Below, piece by piece: positions 28,029 through 38,305 of a stretch of 58,563 bases of DNA. Under the pieces are notes generated by a model. It did no database searches. It had not been told where the DNA came from and worked only from the letters and a program-made list of their open reading frames with translations. Every line of letters begins with the position of its first letter. Position 1 is the first letter of the stretch. The position numbers were made by a program, and so were the translations under genes. Source of the stretch: an uncultured Actinomycetes bacterium (GTDB taxonomy: Bacteria > Actinomycetota > Thermoleophilia > UBA2241); the NCBI GenBank assembly GCA_963755025.1, contig CAVWIH010000032.1, positions 1 through 58,563 of the forward strand, given 5' to 3'.

Positions 28029-30236
28029 GGCTACTCGCCCCCGAAGCCGAGCAGCAGCGTGGGCTGCTCGACCAGGTGCTGGCCGCCGTCGCGACCTACA
28101 ACCCCGACCTCGACGAAGAGCTCATCACGCGCGCTTTCGCCCTGGCCGCCGTCAAGCACGCCGGGCAGATCCGCAAGAGCGGCGAGGACTTCATCAACCA
28201 CCCGGTCGGCACCGCGCTGCTGTGCGCCGAGCTGCGCCTCGACGACCCCACCATCGCCGCCGCGCTGCTGCACGACGTGGTCGAAGACACCGACACCCCG
28301 ATCGAGTACATCCGCGAGCAGTTCGGCGACGAGATCGCCATGCTCGTCGACGGCGTCACCAAGCTGACCAAGATCGAGCTTCAACTCGACCGAAGAAGAG
28401 CAGGCCGAGAACTACCGCAAGATGATCGTGGCCATGGCCGAGGACATCCGCGTCATCCTCATCAAGCTCGCCGACCGCCTGCACAACATGCGCACCCTGG
28501 TGTACCTGGGCAAGCAGAAGCAGATCCAGAAGTCCAAGGAGACCCTCGAGATCTACGCGCCGCTGGCCCACCGCCTGGGCATCAACAGCCTCAAGTGGCA
28601 GCTCGAGGACCTGGCCTTCGCCACCCTGCACCCGCGCAAGTACGCCGAGATCGAGCGCATGGTGTCGCAGCGCCGCGCCGACCGCGAGGACTACATCGTG
28701 AACTCCGCCCGCTTCCTCGAGGACGAGCTCTCCAAGGTCGGCGTGCGCTCCGAGATCACCGGCCGCGCCAAGCACTTCTACTCGATCTACGTCAAGATGA
28801 GCCGCCGCGGCAAGGAGTTCAACGAGATCTTCGACCTGACGGCGCTGCGGGTGCTGGTCGACACGGTCAAGGACTGCTACGGCGCGATCGGCGTGATCCA
28901 CGCCGTCTGGAAGCCCATCCCCGGGCGTTTCAAGGACTACATCGCGATGCCCAAGTTCAACCTGTACCAGTCGCTGCACACCACGGTCATCGGCCCCGGC
29001 GGCAAGCCGCTCGAGATCCAGATCCGCACCTTCGACATGCATCAGACCGCCGAGTTCGGCGTGGCCGCCCACTGGCTCTACAAGGCCAAGGGCGACGGCG
29101 ACCGCCCGGCCGACAAGCTCGCCTGGCTGCGGCAGATGATGGAGTGGCAGTCCGACACGGCCGGCGACCCGCGCGAGTTCATGGACACGCTGCGCATCGA
29201 CCTCTTCGAAGACGAGGTCTTCGTGTTCACGCCCAAAGGCGAGGTCAAGAGCCTCGCGGCCGGCTCCACGCCCATCGACTTCGCCTACGCCGTGCACACC
29301 GACGTCGGCGCGCACTGCGTGGGCGCCAAGATCAACGGGCGCATCGTGCCGCTGCACACCAAGCTGAACTCGGGCGACATCATCGAGGTCATCACCTCGC
29401 GTTCGAGCCGCGGCCCGTCGCGCGACTGGCTGGGCATCGCCACCACGCCGCGCGCGCGCCAGAAGATCCGCCAGCACTTCCGCCGCGAGCAGCGCGAAGA
29501 CTCCGAGCACTCAGGCCGCGACCTGCTGCAGGAGACCCTGCGTCGCCAGGGCCTGCCGGCGCAGAAGCTGCTCTCGTCCGACGTCTTCTCGCACATCGTC
29601 AAGGAGCTCGGCTACCAGAAGGCCGACGACCTGTACGTGGCGCTCGGCTCGGGCCGCATACCGGTGCGCGCCGTGGTCAACCGCGTCATGCAGCACAGCG
29701 GCAGCGAGCAGGCGGCGGTCCCCGAGGTCGCCATGCTGCCCACCGAGCCCAACGCCGGGGCGCTGGCGAGCGCCTCGTCGAGCGAGTTCGGCATCGCCGT
29801 CGAGGGCATGAGCGACATCGTCGTGCGCATGGCGAAGTGCTGCAAGCCCATTCCCGGCGACGAGATCGTCGGCTACATCTCGCTGGGCAAGGGTGTCACC
29901 ATTCATCGCGCCGAGTGCAAGAACGCCAAGGCGCTGCTCGCCAAGAACCGCGAGCGCTTCACCACGGTCACCTGGGAGGGCCTCGGCGTGCAGGCCTTCC
30001 GCGTCGAGCTGCAGATCGAGGCGCTCGACCGCAACCACCTGCTCGAAGAGATCGCTCGCACCCTGTCCGACTCGGGCGTGAACATCGTGGGCGCGGCGGT
30101 GCAGACGCTGCCCGACGGCATCGTCAGGGACCGCTTCGTGTTAGAGATCGGCGACGTGCACCAGGTCGCCAACGTGATCGCCAACCTCAAAGCCATCGGC
30201 ACCGTGTACGACGCCTACCGGGTGGTCTCGAGTTAG
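28007..30236 (+). CDS. relA: Bifunctional (p)ppGpp synthetase/hydrolase (extra base near 28379; start 27968 or 28007)
   Basis: HAGQIRKSGE, LHDVVEDT, KLADRLHNMRT, YQSLHTTV, EIQIRT, TGS, CC and ACT domains. Confidence 0.95.
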
Positions 30237-30337
30237 CGGCCGGAGGGCCGCGCCGGTGGCCGACGCCCGCTCGACGACGCACGGCCGGGCCTGATAGCGT
30301 AAGCCGTTCCATTCCGCGCAAGTGAAGGAAACACCAG

Positions 30338-30988
30338 ATGGCCGATCACTTCGATGTCTTCATGCTGACCCTCGGTGCGCTCGGCGCGAACTGCTTTCTG
30401 CTGGCGAGCGGCGGCAAAGCCCTTATCATCGACCCCGGCGATGAGGCCGACGTAGTGGCCGCCGCCTGCGACGAGATCGCCGCCGCGCCGCAAGCCATCC
30501 TGGTGACGCACGGCCACTTCGATCACATCGGAGGGGTCGACGCCCTCGCCAGGCGGTTCGCCGTGCCCGTCTACGTCGGCGAGGCCGACGCCGGGCTGCT
30601 GCGCCGGCCCGACATGGGCGCCATGGCCGGCTATGTCGTGCAGCCCGTCACGGTCGACCCGGTGCTGCTCGACGCAGAGACCGAGCTCGACCTCGCCCTG
30701 CCGGTCACCGCCATCCCCACCCCGGGCCACTCCGAGGGCTCGTTCTCGTTCTTCATCGAGGGCCACCTGTTCAGCGGCGACGTGCTCTTTCAGGGCAGCA
30801 TCGGGCGCACCGACTTTCCCGGCGGCTCGTCCGACGTCCTGCTCAACTCGATCGCCGGGCTCATCCGGCGCTTCGCGCCCGACACAGTCGTGCACTGCGG
30901 TCACGGGCCCGACACCTCGCTGGGCCGCGAGCTGGCGCTCAACCCGTTCCTCTCGCCACTGCGCTACGACCCGGAGCACCACTGGTGA
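30338..30988 (+). CDS. MBL-fold metallo-hydrolase (glyoxalase II-like)
   Basis: THGHFDHIG, TPGHS, FSGD, GRTD, GHG. Confidence 0.92.
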   Translation: MADHFDVFMLTLGALGANCFLLASGGKALIIDPGDEADVVAAACDEIAAAPQAILVTHGHFDHIGGVDALARRFAVPVYVGEADAGLLRRPDMGAMAGYVVQPVTVDPVLLDAETELDLALPVTAIPTPGHSEGSFSFFIEGHLFSGDVLFQGSIGRTDFPGGSSDVLLNSIAGLIRRFAPDTVVHCGHGPDTSLGRELALNPFLSPLRYDPEHHW

Positions 30989-32340
30989 GCGCCCCGAAAG
31001 CCCCTAAGGGCACCTACGACCTGCTGCCCGACGGCGCCGAACGGCGCGCCGACATCGTGGCCATCGCCGCCGACATCTTCACCTCGTACGGCTTCCGCCA
31101 GATCGTCACGCCCGAGTTCGAAGAGACCGGCCTGTTCGAGCGGGGCGTCGGCGACGCCACCGACATCGTGCGCAAGGAGATGTACTCGTTCCCCGACCGC
31201 AGCGGCCGCGAGCTCACCCTGCGCCCCGAAGGCACGGCGCCGGTGTGCCGTGCCTACGTCGAGCACGGCATGTTCAAGCTCACCAAGCCAGTCAAGCTCT
31301 GGTACTACGCTCCCATGTTCCGCTACGAGCGCCCCCAGGCCGGGCGCTACCGCGAGCACTACCAGTTCGGCGCCGAAGCTCTCGGCTCCGACGACCCCAT
31401 GGTCGACGCCGAGGTCATCGCCATGCTCGGCCAGGTCTACGACGAGCTCGAGATCGGCGACCTCACGCTGGCCATCAACAGCATGGGCGACGCCCAGTGC
31501 CGGCCGGCCTATGTAGAGCTGCTGCGCGAGTTCCTCAACGGTCACGCCGACGAGCTCTGCGGCGAGTGTCGCGAGCGCACCGTCACCAACCCGCTGCGCA
31601 CCTTCGACTGCAAGGTCGAGAGCTGCCGCGCCGTCATGAACGAGGCGCCGCGCCTGGTCGACCACCTCTGCGAACCCTGCCGCGAGCACTTCGACACGGT
31701 GCTCGAGCTGCTGCGCCGCGTGGGCCTCGACCCGGTGCTCGACTTTCGCCTGGTGCGCGGGCTCGACTACTACACGCGCACCACCTTCGAATACCAGTCC
31801 AACGCCCTCGGCTTCGCGCAGAGCACGATCGGCGGCGGCGGCCGCTACGACGGCCTGGTCGAGCTGATCGGCGGCCCGCCCACGCCGGGGTTCGGGTTTG
31901 GCAGCGGGCTCGAGCGCGTCACGCTGGTCAGCGGGCTCGAAGAGCAAGAAGACGAAGGCCCCCTCGCCTACGTGGTTTCGTTCCTGCAGACGAGCCGCGC
32001 CGACGCCTTCGCTCTCACGCAGCACCTGCGCCGCGACCTGCTGATCGACGCCGAGTGCGACCTCTCCAACCGCAGTCCCAAGGCTCAGCTCAAGCACGCC
32101 GGACGCAGCGGCGCCGAGCTCGCCCTGCTGCTCGGGCTCGACGATCTGGCCGAAGGCGAGGTGCGGCTGCGCGACCTCGAGAGCGGCGACGAAGAGGACG
32201 TGCCGATCGACGAGCTCGGCGACTGGTTCGACGACTGGCTCGGCGACGACGACCTCGACGGCCACGGCCACCACCACGGCAACGGTAACGGCAACGGCAA
32301 CGGTCACGTGGCGCCCGACGGCGCCGAGGACAAGGGATGA
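30985..32340 (+). CDS. hisS: Histidine-tRNA ligase
   Basis: [32 protein letters not shown]. Confidence 0.97.
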   Translation: MSAPKAPKGTYDLLPDGAERRADIVAIAADIFTSYGFRQIVTPEFEETGLFERGVGDATDIVRKEMYSFPDRSGRELTLRPEGTAPVCRAYVEHGMFKLTKPVKLWYYAPMFRYERPQAGRYREHYQFGAEALGSDDPMVDAEVIAMLGQVYDELEIGDLTLAINSMGDAQCRPAYVELLREFLNGHADELCGECRERTVTNPLRTFDCKVESCRAVMNEAPRLVDHLCEPCREHFDTVLELLRRVGLDPVLDFRLVRGLDYYTRTTFEYQSNALGFAQSTIGGGGRYDGLVELIGGPPTPGFGFGSGLERVTLVSGLEEQEDEGPLAYVVSFLQTSRADAFALTQHLRRDLLIDAECDLSNRSPKAQLKHAGRSGAELALLLGLDDLAEGEVRLRDLESGDEEDVPIDELGDWFDDWLGDDDLDGHGHHHGNGNGNGNGHVAPDGAEDKG

Positions 32341-34101
32341 TGCGCAACGCGCTGCCCGGCGAGCTGCGCGTCGCCGACGTGGGCCGCGAGGTGCGCGTCG
32401 CCGGCTGGGTGGCGCGCCGTCGCGACCACGGCAACCTCATCTTCGTCGACCTGCGCGACCGCTCCGGTCTCGTGCAGCTCGTCTTCGACCCGCGCAGCGC
32501 CCCCGAGGCGCACCGTCTGGCCGAGGGGCTGCGCTCCGAGTACGTCGTGCTGGGCGGCCGGCGCCGTGGTGGCGCGCGACCCCGAGACGGTGAACCCCGG
32601 CCTGCCGACCGGCGAGGTCGAGGTGCGCGTCGCCGACGTCGGCCTGCTGTCGAGCGCGCGCACGCCGCCGTTCGAGATCGAGTCGGGCGAGGGCCACGAG
32701 GTCGACGAGATGCTGCGCCTCAAGTACCGCTACCTCGACATCCGCCGGCCGCCCATGCTGGCCCGCCTCGAGCTGCGTCACCGGGCCGCCACGGCGGCCC
32801 GCGACTACCTGAACGCGAACCGGTTCCTCGAGATCGAGACGCCGATACTCACGCGCTCCTCGCCCGAGGGCGCGCGCGACTTCCTCGTGCCCTCGCGGCT
32901 GCAGCCCCACAACTTCTACGCGCTGCCGCAGGCGCCCCAGATGTTCAAGCAGATCCTCATGGTGGGCGGCGTCGACCGCTACTATCAGCTCGCGCGCTGC
33001 TTTCGCGACGAGGACCTGCGCGCCGACCGCCAGCCCGAGCACACGCAGATCGACGCCGAGATGTCGTTCATGTCGGCGGCCGAGATCCGCGCGCTGCTCG
33101 AAGGGCTCATGGCGGCCATCTTCGAGGGCGTGGGGGAGGGGCCGCCCGAGCTGCCGCTGCTCACGCTCACCTACGACGACGCCATGCTGCGCTATGGCTC
33201 CGACAAGCCCGACCTGCGCTACGGCTTCGAGATCGTCGAGCTGTCCGACGTCTTCGGCGCCGGTGAGTTTCGCGTGTTCCGCGAAGCCGTCGCTGGCGGG
33301 GGCGTGGTGCGCGCCATCCGTGCGCCCGGCGGCGGCCGCCTGTCGCGCGCTCAGTTAGACGGCCTCACCGAGGTCGCCAAGGCGCGCGGCGCGCGCGGCA
33401 TGGCCTACGTGATCGTCGAAGACGGCCGCTCGCTGCGCGGGCCGATCGTCAAGTTCCTCTCCGCCGCCGAACAGAGCGCCCTGCTCGAGCGCACCAGCGC
33501 CGAGCCCGGCGACCTCGTGGTCTTCGCCGCCGACCAGGCCCTGCCCGCGGCGGTCGTGCTCGGCGCGCTGCGCAGCGCGCTGATCGAGCTGCTGGCGCCC
33601 GAACCGTCGCGGCGCTGGTCGCTGCTGTGGGTCGTCGAGTTCCCCCTGTTCGAGATCGACGAAGAGTCGGGCACGCTGACCTACGGTCACAACCCGTTCA
33701 GCCTGCCGACCGACGACACGCTGGAGTACCTCGACAGCGAGCCCCTGCGCGTGAGGGGCGCCCAGTACGACCTCGTGCTGAACGGCGTCGAGCTGGGCTC
33801 GGGCTCGCTGCGCATCCCCGATGCTGCGCTGCAGCGCAGCATCCTGCGCAGGCTCGGCCTGAGCGAGGAGCGCATCGACGAGTCGTTCGGCTGGTTCCTC
33901 GAGGCGCTTGGCTTCGGTGCGCCGCCGCACGGCGGCATAGGCCTGGGCTTCGACCGCATCGTCATGCTGCTGGCCGGCGAGACGTCTATCCGCGACGTCA
34001 TCGCCTTTCCCAAGACCTCGTCGGGTTCCGACCCCATGACCGGCGCCCCGGCGCCGGTCGACCAGGCCCAGCTGCGCGACCTGCGCATGCGCTCGGTCTG
34101 A
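32337..34101 (+). CDS. aspS: Aspartate-tRNA ligase (extra base near 32553)
   Basis: [57 protein letters not shown]. Confidence 0.95.
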
Positions 34102-34279
34102 CGGTCGCCGCGTCGCGGCCCGCGGGCCGTCGCGGCGGGCCGGCGTGACCGGCGCCGCGGCCTGACGGCCGCTGTCCTGCGGCCCTCGTGACGGTCGCCG
34201 CCGGCGCCCTGTGGCCGGCCCGCCTGGGCCGCAAGAGGGGCCGGCGACCCCCGTAGCCGGCCGACTTCACGCTCATTGC

Positions 34280-34306
34280 TCAAGCATTTCGCGCAGGTGC
34301 CGACTT
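34280..34306 (+). promoter_or_regulatory. Possible sigma28/WhiG-type promoter upstream of the 6S RNA and following gene
   Basis: TCAA-N15-GCCGACTT. Confidence 0.35.
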
Positions 34307-34346
34307 AGTTTGTGGGACGAGCATAGTGTCTGCTACCATGCCGACT

Positions 34347-34490
34347 GCTCTACCTTGTGCGTGATTCGCGGCGTTATTGAGCCAACACTCACGCGCCGGG
34401 AGCCCGGCTCCGGAGGGTCTGTGGACCCACGGGAGGGCACCCACCTGCAATTGCAGGTTCAATAAGAAAGCGAACACGGCAAGGTGGAGC
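34347..34490 (+). ncRNA. ssrS: 6S RNA
   Basis: Terminal stem GCTCTACCTTG..CGTG..TTCGC / GCGAA..CACG..CAAGGTGGAGC; inner TTATTGA/TCAATAA; hallmark GGGAGCCC and AGGGCACCCACCTG; TGcTACCAT -10 at 34331-39; directly after aspS, as for B. subtilis 6S-1. Confidence 0.85.
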
Positions 34491-34509
34491 CTTTTACATG
34501 GAGGCGCAG

Positions 34510-35046
34510 ATGAGCGGCAAGCCCTGGTACCGGTCGTTTTTCGTCAAAGCGGCCCTGATCGTCGTGATGGGGGCAGCGATCATGGTCGTGGTTACCGGGG
34601 GCATCGTCCTCGCGACCAACGCCCCTGCTACCGTTACCGCCGCTCCGGTGAGCGGAAACTACAACACAGCCGGCAGCTACGGCATCACTGGGTATCCCGC
34701 GCTCTCGGTCAACACGTCGTCGAGTAACGTGCCGAGCTTCATCAAGAACCCGCTCGCCGAAAAGCGGGGCGTCATCCTTCTCGTCTACTGCGCCGGGGTC
34801 ACCGAAGACCAGCAGATGCTGACCTACTTCAACACCGTCAAGGCCAAGTACGCCGCGCAGGGCTCGTTCTTCTCGTTCGAGTCGGCCCACGCCGACGAGC
34901 TCGGCGACATCCTCGCCCAGCTCAAGATCACCCAGCCGCCGGCGCTCGCCGTCATCTCACCCGACGGCAATGTCTATCAGGAGTACACCGGCTGGATCAG
35001 CGAGAAGGTCATGTCGCAGGTCGTCGCCAACGCCCTCGCCAACTAA
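34510..35046 (+). CDS. Hypothetical membrane-anchored exported protein, possibly thioredoxin-like fold without CxxC
   Basis: GGAGG SD; N-terminal TM; ...LKITQPPALAVISPDGNVYQEYTGW resembles a Trx C-terminal strand pattern; single Cys. Confidence 0.65.
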   Translation: MSGKPWYRSFFVKAALIVVMGAAIMVVVTGGIVLATNAPATVTAAPVSGNYNTAGSYGITGYPALSVNTSSSNVPSFIKNPLAEKRGVILLVYCAGVTEDQQMLTYFNTVKAKYAAQGSFFSFESAHADELGDILAQLKITQPPALAVISPDGNVYQEYTGWISEKVMSQVVANALAN

Positions 35047-35074
35047 GAGCCCTCCCACACCCCGCGATCCATCC

Positions 35075-35103
35075 CGACGCCGCCCCCACGAGGGGCGGCG
35101 TCG
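35075..35103 (+). terminator. Stem-loop after the hypothetical gene
   Basis: CGACGCCGCCCC-CACGA-GGGGCGGCGTCG, 12-bp perfect stem. Confidence 0.6.
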
Positions 35104-35146
35104 TCGCGTCCGGGGCCCGGCCGCCCGGCCGGGCGCTTTGCCCTGT

Positions 35147-35199
35147 TTGACCGGCGGTGCCTGCGTGGTACGATAATCCCGACCTTTTCTGTTGGTATT
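35147..35199 (+). promoter_or_regulatory. Promoter of the rrf2-nifS operon with an Rrf2 (IscR/CymR-like) operator
   Basis: TTGACC (35147-52), TGgTACGAT (35166-74); imperfect inverted repeat AATCCCGAC-N7-GTTGGTATT (35175-99). Confidence 0.7.
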
Positions 35200-35228
35200 T
35201 CATCCACGGACGTCACGGAGGGCACGGC

Positions 35229-35642
35229 GTGCGCATCTCGTCTCGCTGCGAGTACGGCCTGCGGGCCATGATTTACCTTGCGCGGGCCGAGGGCGACGAC
35301 CCCGTGCCCATCGCCGAGATCGCACACCGCGAAGACATGCCCACCGCGTTTCTTGAACGTATCCTCGCTCGCCTGCGCGACGGCGGGCTCGTGGCCAGCA
35401 CCAGGGGCGCGAGCGGCGGCTACCGCCTGTCGCGCGCCGCGGCGGCCATCTCCGTCGCCGACATCGTGACCGCGATCGAAGGTCCCCTGTCGCTCGTCGG
35501 CTGCCTGCCCGACGAAGGCGGCTGTGCGCGAGCGGGCAGCTGTGCTTCACAACGCGTCTGGCGCCGGCTCGACGACGCGATCAGCAGGGCGCTGGGCGAT
35601 ATCAGTCTCGATGAACTCTCCGTGGAGGCGATCACAACATGA
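35229..35642 (+). CDS. Rrf2-family regulator (IscR-like, three Cys)
   Basis: EYGLRAM, FLERIL, STRGASGGYRL, IEG, C-x6-C-x5-C. Confidence 0.92.
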   Translation: MRISSRCEYGLRAMIYLARAEGDDPVPIAEIAHREDMPTAFLERILARLRDGGLVASTRGASGGYRLSRAAAAISVADIVTAIEGPLSLVGCLPDEGGCARAGSCASQRVWRRLDDAISRALGDISLDELSVEAITT

Positions 35643-36796
35643 AGACCATCTATTTCGACCACGCGGCGACCACGGCCGTCGACCCGCGCGTCTTCGCCGA
35701 GATGGAGCCCTACTTCGTCGAGCGCTACGGCAACCCGTCCGAGATCCACAGGCTGGGCCGCGAAGGCCGCGAGGCCGTCGACCGCGGACGTGCGCAGGTC
35801 GCCGCGGCCCTCGGTGCGGCCGACAAGGAGATCGTCTTCACGAGCGGCGGCACCGAGGCCGACAACCTCGCCCTCAGCGGGTACCTGCAGCGCTTCGAGC
35901 CCGGGCACCTGATCGTGAGCGCCGTCGAACACCCGGCCGTCATGGAGACGGCGCGCTTTCTCATGCGCCAGGGCTGGGAGGCGAGTTTCGCCGGCGTCGA
36001 CCACAACGGGGTCGTCGACCTCGACGCCTACGAGGCCGCGTTCCGTCCCGACACCCGCCTCGCCTCGGTGATGTTCGCCAACAACGTGGTGGGCACCGTC
36101 CAGCCCATCAAGGAGCTCGCCCGCATCGCGCACGAGCACGGCGCGGCGTTCCACACCGACGCCGTCCAGGCGGTCGGCGCCATGCCCATCGACGTCGCCG
36201 AGCTCGGCGTCGACCTGCTGTCGCTGTCGGGCCACAAGCTCTACGGCCCCAAGGGCATAGGGGCGCTCTACATCAAGCGCGGCACTCGCGTGGGCCCCAT
36301 CCTGCACGGCGGCGGCCACGAGCGCCGGCTGCGCTCCGGCACCGAGAACGTGCCCGGCATCGTCGGCCTGGGCGCGGCCCTCGCCATCGCCGTGGCCGAC
36401 CTGCCCACCGAGGGACCGCGCCTCGTGGCGCTGCGCGACCGGCTGATGGCCGGTCTGCTGGCGGCCATCGACGACACCATCGCCCTCGGCCATCCCACCG
36501 AACGGCTGCCGGGCAACGTCTGCGTCTCGGTGGCCTATATCGAGGGCGAGTCCATGGTCCTGCAGCTCGACGGCAAGGGCATCGCCGTCTCCAGCGGCTC
36601 GGCCTGCGCGTCGGGCTCGCTCGAACCGTCGCACGTGATCCTCGGCATGGGGTACCGCGCCGAAGAGGCTCACGGCAGCGTCCGCGTGACGCTCGGCCGC
36701 GAGAACACCCAGGACGAGGCCGACTACTTCCTCGAAGTCTTCCCGCCCATCGTCGCGCGGCTGCGCGAGATGAGTCCGCTCTACGTGAAGAGGTAA
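35639..36796 (+). CDS. nifS: Cysteine desulfurase (NifS/IscS type)
   Basis: YFDHAATT, FTSGGTEA, HTDAVQ, SGHKLYGPKG, SSGSACAS. Confidence 0.96.
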   Translation: MKTIYFDHAATTAVDPRVFAEMEPYFVERYGNPSEIHRLGREGREAVDRGRAQVAAALGAADKEIVFTSGGTEADNLALSGYLQRFEPGHLIVSAVEHPAVMETARFLMRQGWEASFAGVDHNGVVDLDAYEAAFRPDTRLASVMFANNVVGTVQPIKELARIAHEHGAAFHTDAVQAVGAMPIDVAELGVDLLSLSGHKLYGPKGIGALYIKRGTRVGPILHGGGHERRLRSGTENVPGIVGLGAALAIAVADLPTEGPRLVALRDRLMAGLLAAIDDTIALGHPTERLPGNVCVSVAYIEGESMVLQLDGKGIAVSSGSACASGSLEPSHVILGMGYRAEEAHGSVRVTLGRENTQDEADYFLEVFPPIVARLREMSPLYVKR

Positions 36797-36800
36797 GCGC

Positions 36801-37214
36801 ATGTACACCGATCTCGTGATGGATCACTTCTCGAACCCCCGCAACGTCGGTGAGGTCGAGGAACCTGACGGCGCCGGCCAGATCGGCAACCCGGTCTGCG
36901 GCGACGTCATGCGTATGACGATCAAAGTCGAAGACGACCGCATCACCGACGTGAAGTTCAAGACGTTCGGCTGCGGGGCGGCGGTAGCGACCTCGAGCAT
37001 GGTGACCGAGATGGTCATGGGCAAGACGCTCGACGAGGCCGCCGAGATCTCAAACAGGGCTGTGGCCGAAGCGCTCGGCGGGCTGCCCGCCCAGAAGATG
37101 CACTGCTCCAACCTGGCCGCCGACGCCCTGCATCTGGCCATCGAGGACTACCTCACCAAGGCCGGCCGCAGCGACGACGTCGCGAAGGTCCTCGGAAAAA
37201 AAGCGTCGTCGTAG
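36801..37214 (+). CDS. nifU: Fe-S cluster scaffold NifU/IscU
   Basis: DHFSNPRNVG, GNPVCGD, FGCGAAVA, KMHCSNLA. Confidence 0.96.
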   Translation: MYTDLVMDHFSNPRNVGEVEEPDGAGQIGNPVCGDVMRMTIKVEDDRITDVKFKTFGCGAAVATSSMVTEMVMGKTLDEAAEISNRAVAEALGGLPAQKMHCSNLAADALHLAIEDYLTKAGRSDDVAKVLGKKASS

Positions 37215-38266
37215 GCCTGAGCGGCGGCGTCGATAGCGCCGTGGCCGCCCTCGCCCTGCGCGAGGATGGCTACGACGTGCGCGCCGCCACCGTGAAGCTT
37301 TGGCCGGGCGACGACGAGCGGAGCTGCTGCTCGGCGCCGGCGGTGGCGCGGGCGCGCGACAGCGCGCACGCCATCGGGGCGCCGCACTACTGCGTGAACG
37401 ACGAGCCGCGCTTTGCGGCCGGCGTCGTCGCGCCGTTCGTCGACGCGTACCTGGCCGGCGAGACGCCCAACCCCTGCATCGAGTGCAACCCGGGCCGCTT
37501 TGAGCGCCTGCTGGCGCTGGCCGACCACTTCGGCGCCGCCTGGATCGCCACCGGCCACTACGCGCGCATCGTGCGCGCCGCCGATGGCGCCCGTGTGGCG
37601 CGCGGCCGCGACCGCTCAAAGGACCAGTCGTACATGCTGTGGCGCGTGCCGCCCGAGACCCTCGACCGCCTGGTGCTGCCGCTCGGCGAGCTCACCAAGC
37701 CCCTCGTGCGCGAGCGCGCCCGGCGGGCCGGCCTGCCCCCGGCCGACGAACCCGACAGCCAGGAGGTCTGCTTTGCGCCCGGCGACCACCGCGATTTCCT
37801 CGCGGCCCGCGGCGCGCCGGACGAGGGCGGCGAGATCGTCGATACCGCCGGCAACGTGCTCGGCCGCCACGGCGGCTGCTGGCGCTTCACCGTGGGCCAG
37901 CGCCGAGGCCTGGGCGTGAGCGCCGCGACGCCCCTCTACGTGCTGGCCATCGACGCGCCTGCGCGGCGCGTGATCGTAGGCCCGGCGGCGGCGCTGGCCA
38001 CGACGACCATCGCCTTGCGAAGCGTCGTCGACCGCGGCCTCGGCGACCGCGCCGGCCTCGAGGTGCAGCTGCGCTACCAGTCGGCCGCCATCGGGGTCGC
38101 GGCGCTGCGGCTGCTGCCCCGCGAGCGGGCCGTGGTCTCGCTGGCCGCGCCGTTCGACGGCCCCGCGCCGGGGCAGTCGGCGGTCTTCTACAGGAATGAC
38201 ATCGTCGTCGGCGGGGGCATCATCACCTCGACAGCGGCGGACGTACATGAGCCTCGCGCGGTGTGA
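37196..38266 (+). CDS. mnmA: tRNA 2-thiouridine(34) synthase MnmA (CxxC type); no start before its first motif, in the -1 frame relative to nifU
   Basis: KKSVVVGLSGGVDS from 37196, SCCS, TPNPCIECN, ATGHYA, KDQSY, DSQEVCF, TVGQRRG, PGQSAVFY. Confidence 0.92.
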   Translation, partial: KKSVVVGLSGGVDSAVAALALREDGYDVRAATVKLWPGDDERSCCSAPAVARARDSAHAIGAPHYCVNDEPRFAAGVVAPFVDAYLAGETPNPCIECNPGRFERLLALADHFGAAWIATGHYARIVRAADGARVARGRDRSKDQSYMLWRVPPETLDRLVLPLGELTKPLVRERARRAGLPPADEPDSQEVCFAPGDHRDFLAARGAPDEGGEIVDTAGNVLGRHGGCWRFTVGQRRGLGVSAATPLYVLAIDAPARRVIVGPAAALATTTIALRSVVDRGLGDRAGLEVQLRYQSAAIGVAALRLLPRERAVVSLAAPFDGPAPGQSAVFYRNDIVVGGGIITSTAADVHEPRAV

Positions 38267-38305
38267 TAGGGTGTGCCCGCAAACCGAGCCCGGACCTGAG
38301 CGGCG

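Noticed and set aside
26942-30325. 1127-aa ORF spanning recJ and relA
   Set aside because: Chimera of the recJ tail, the relA N-terminus and off-frame sequence produced by indels.
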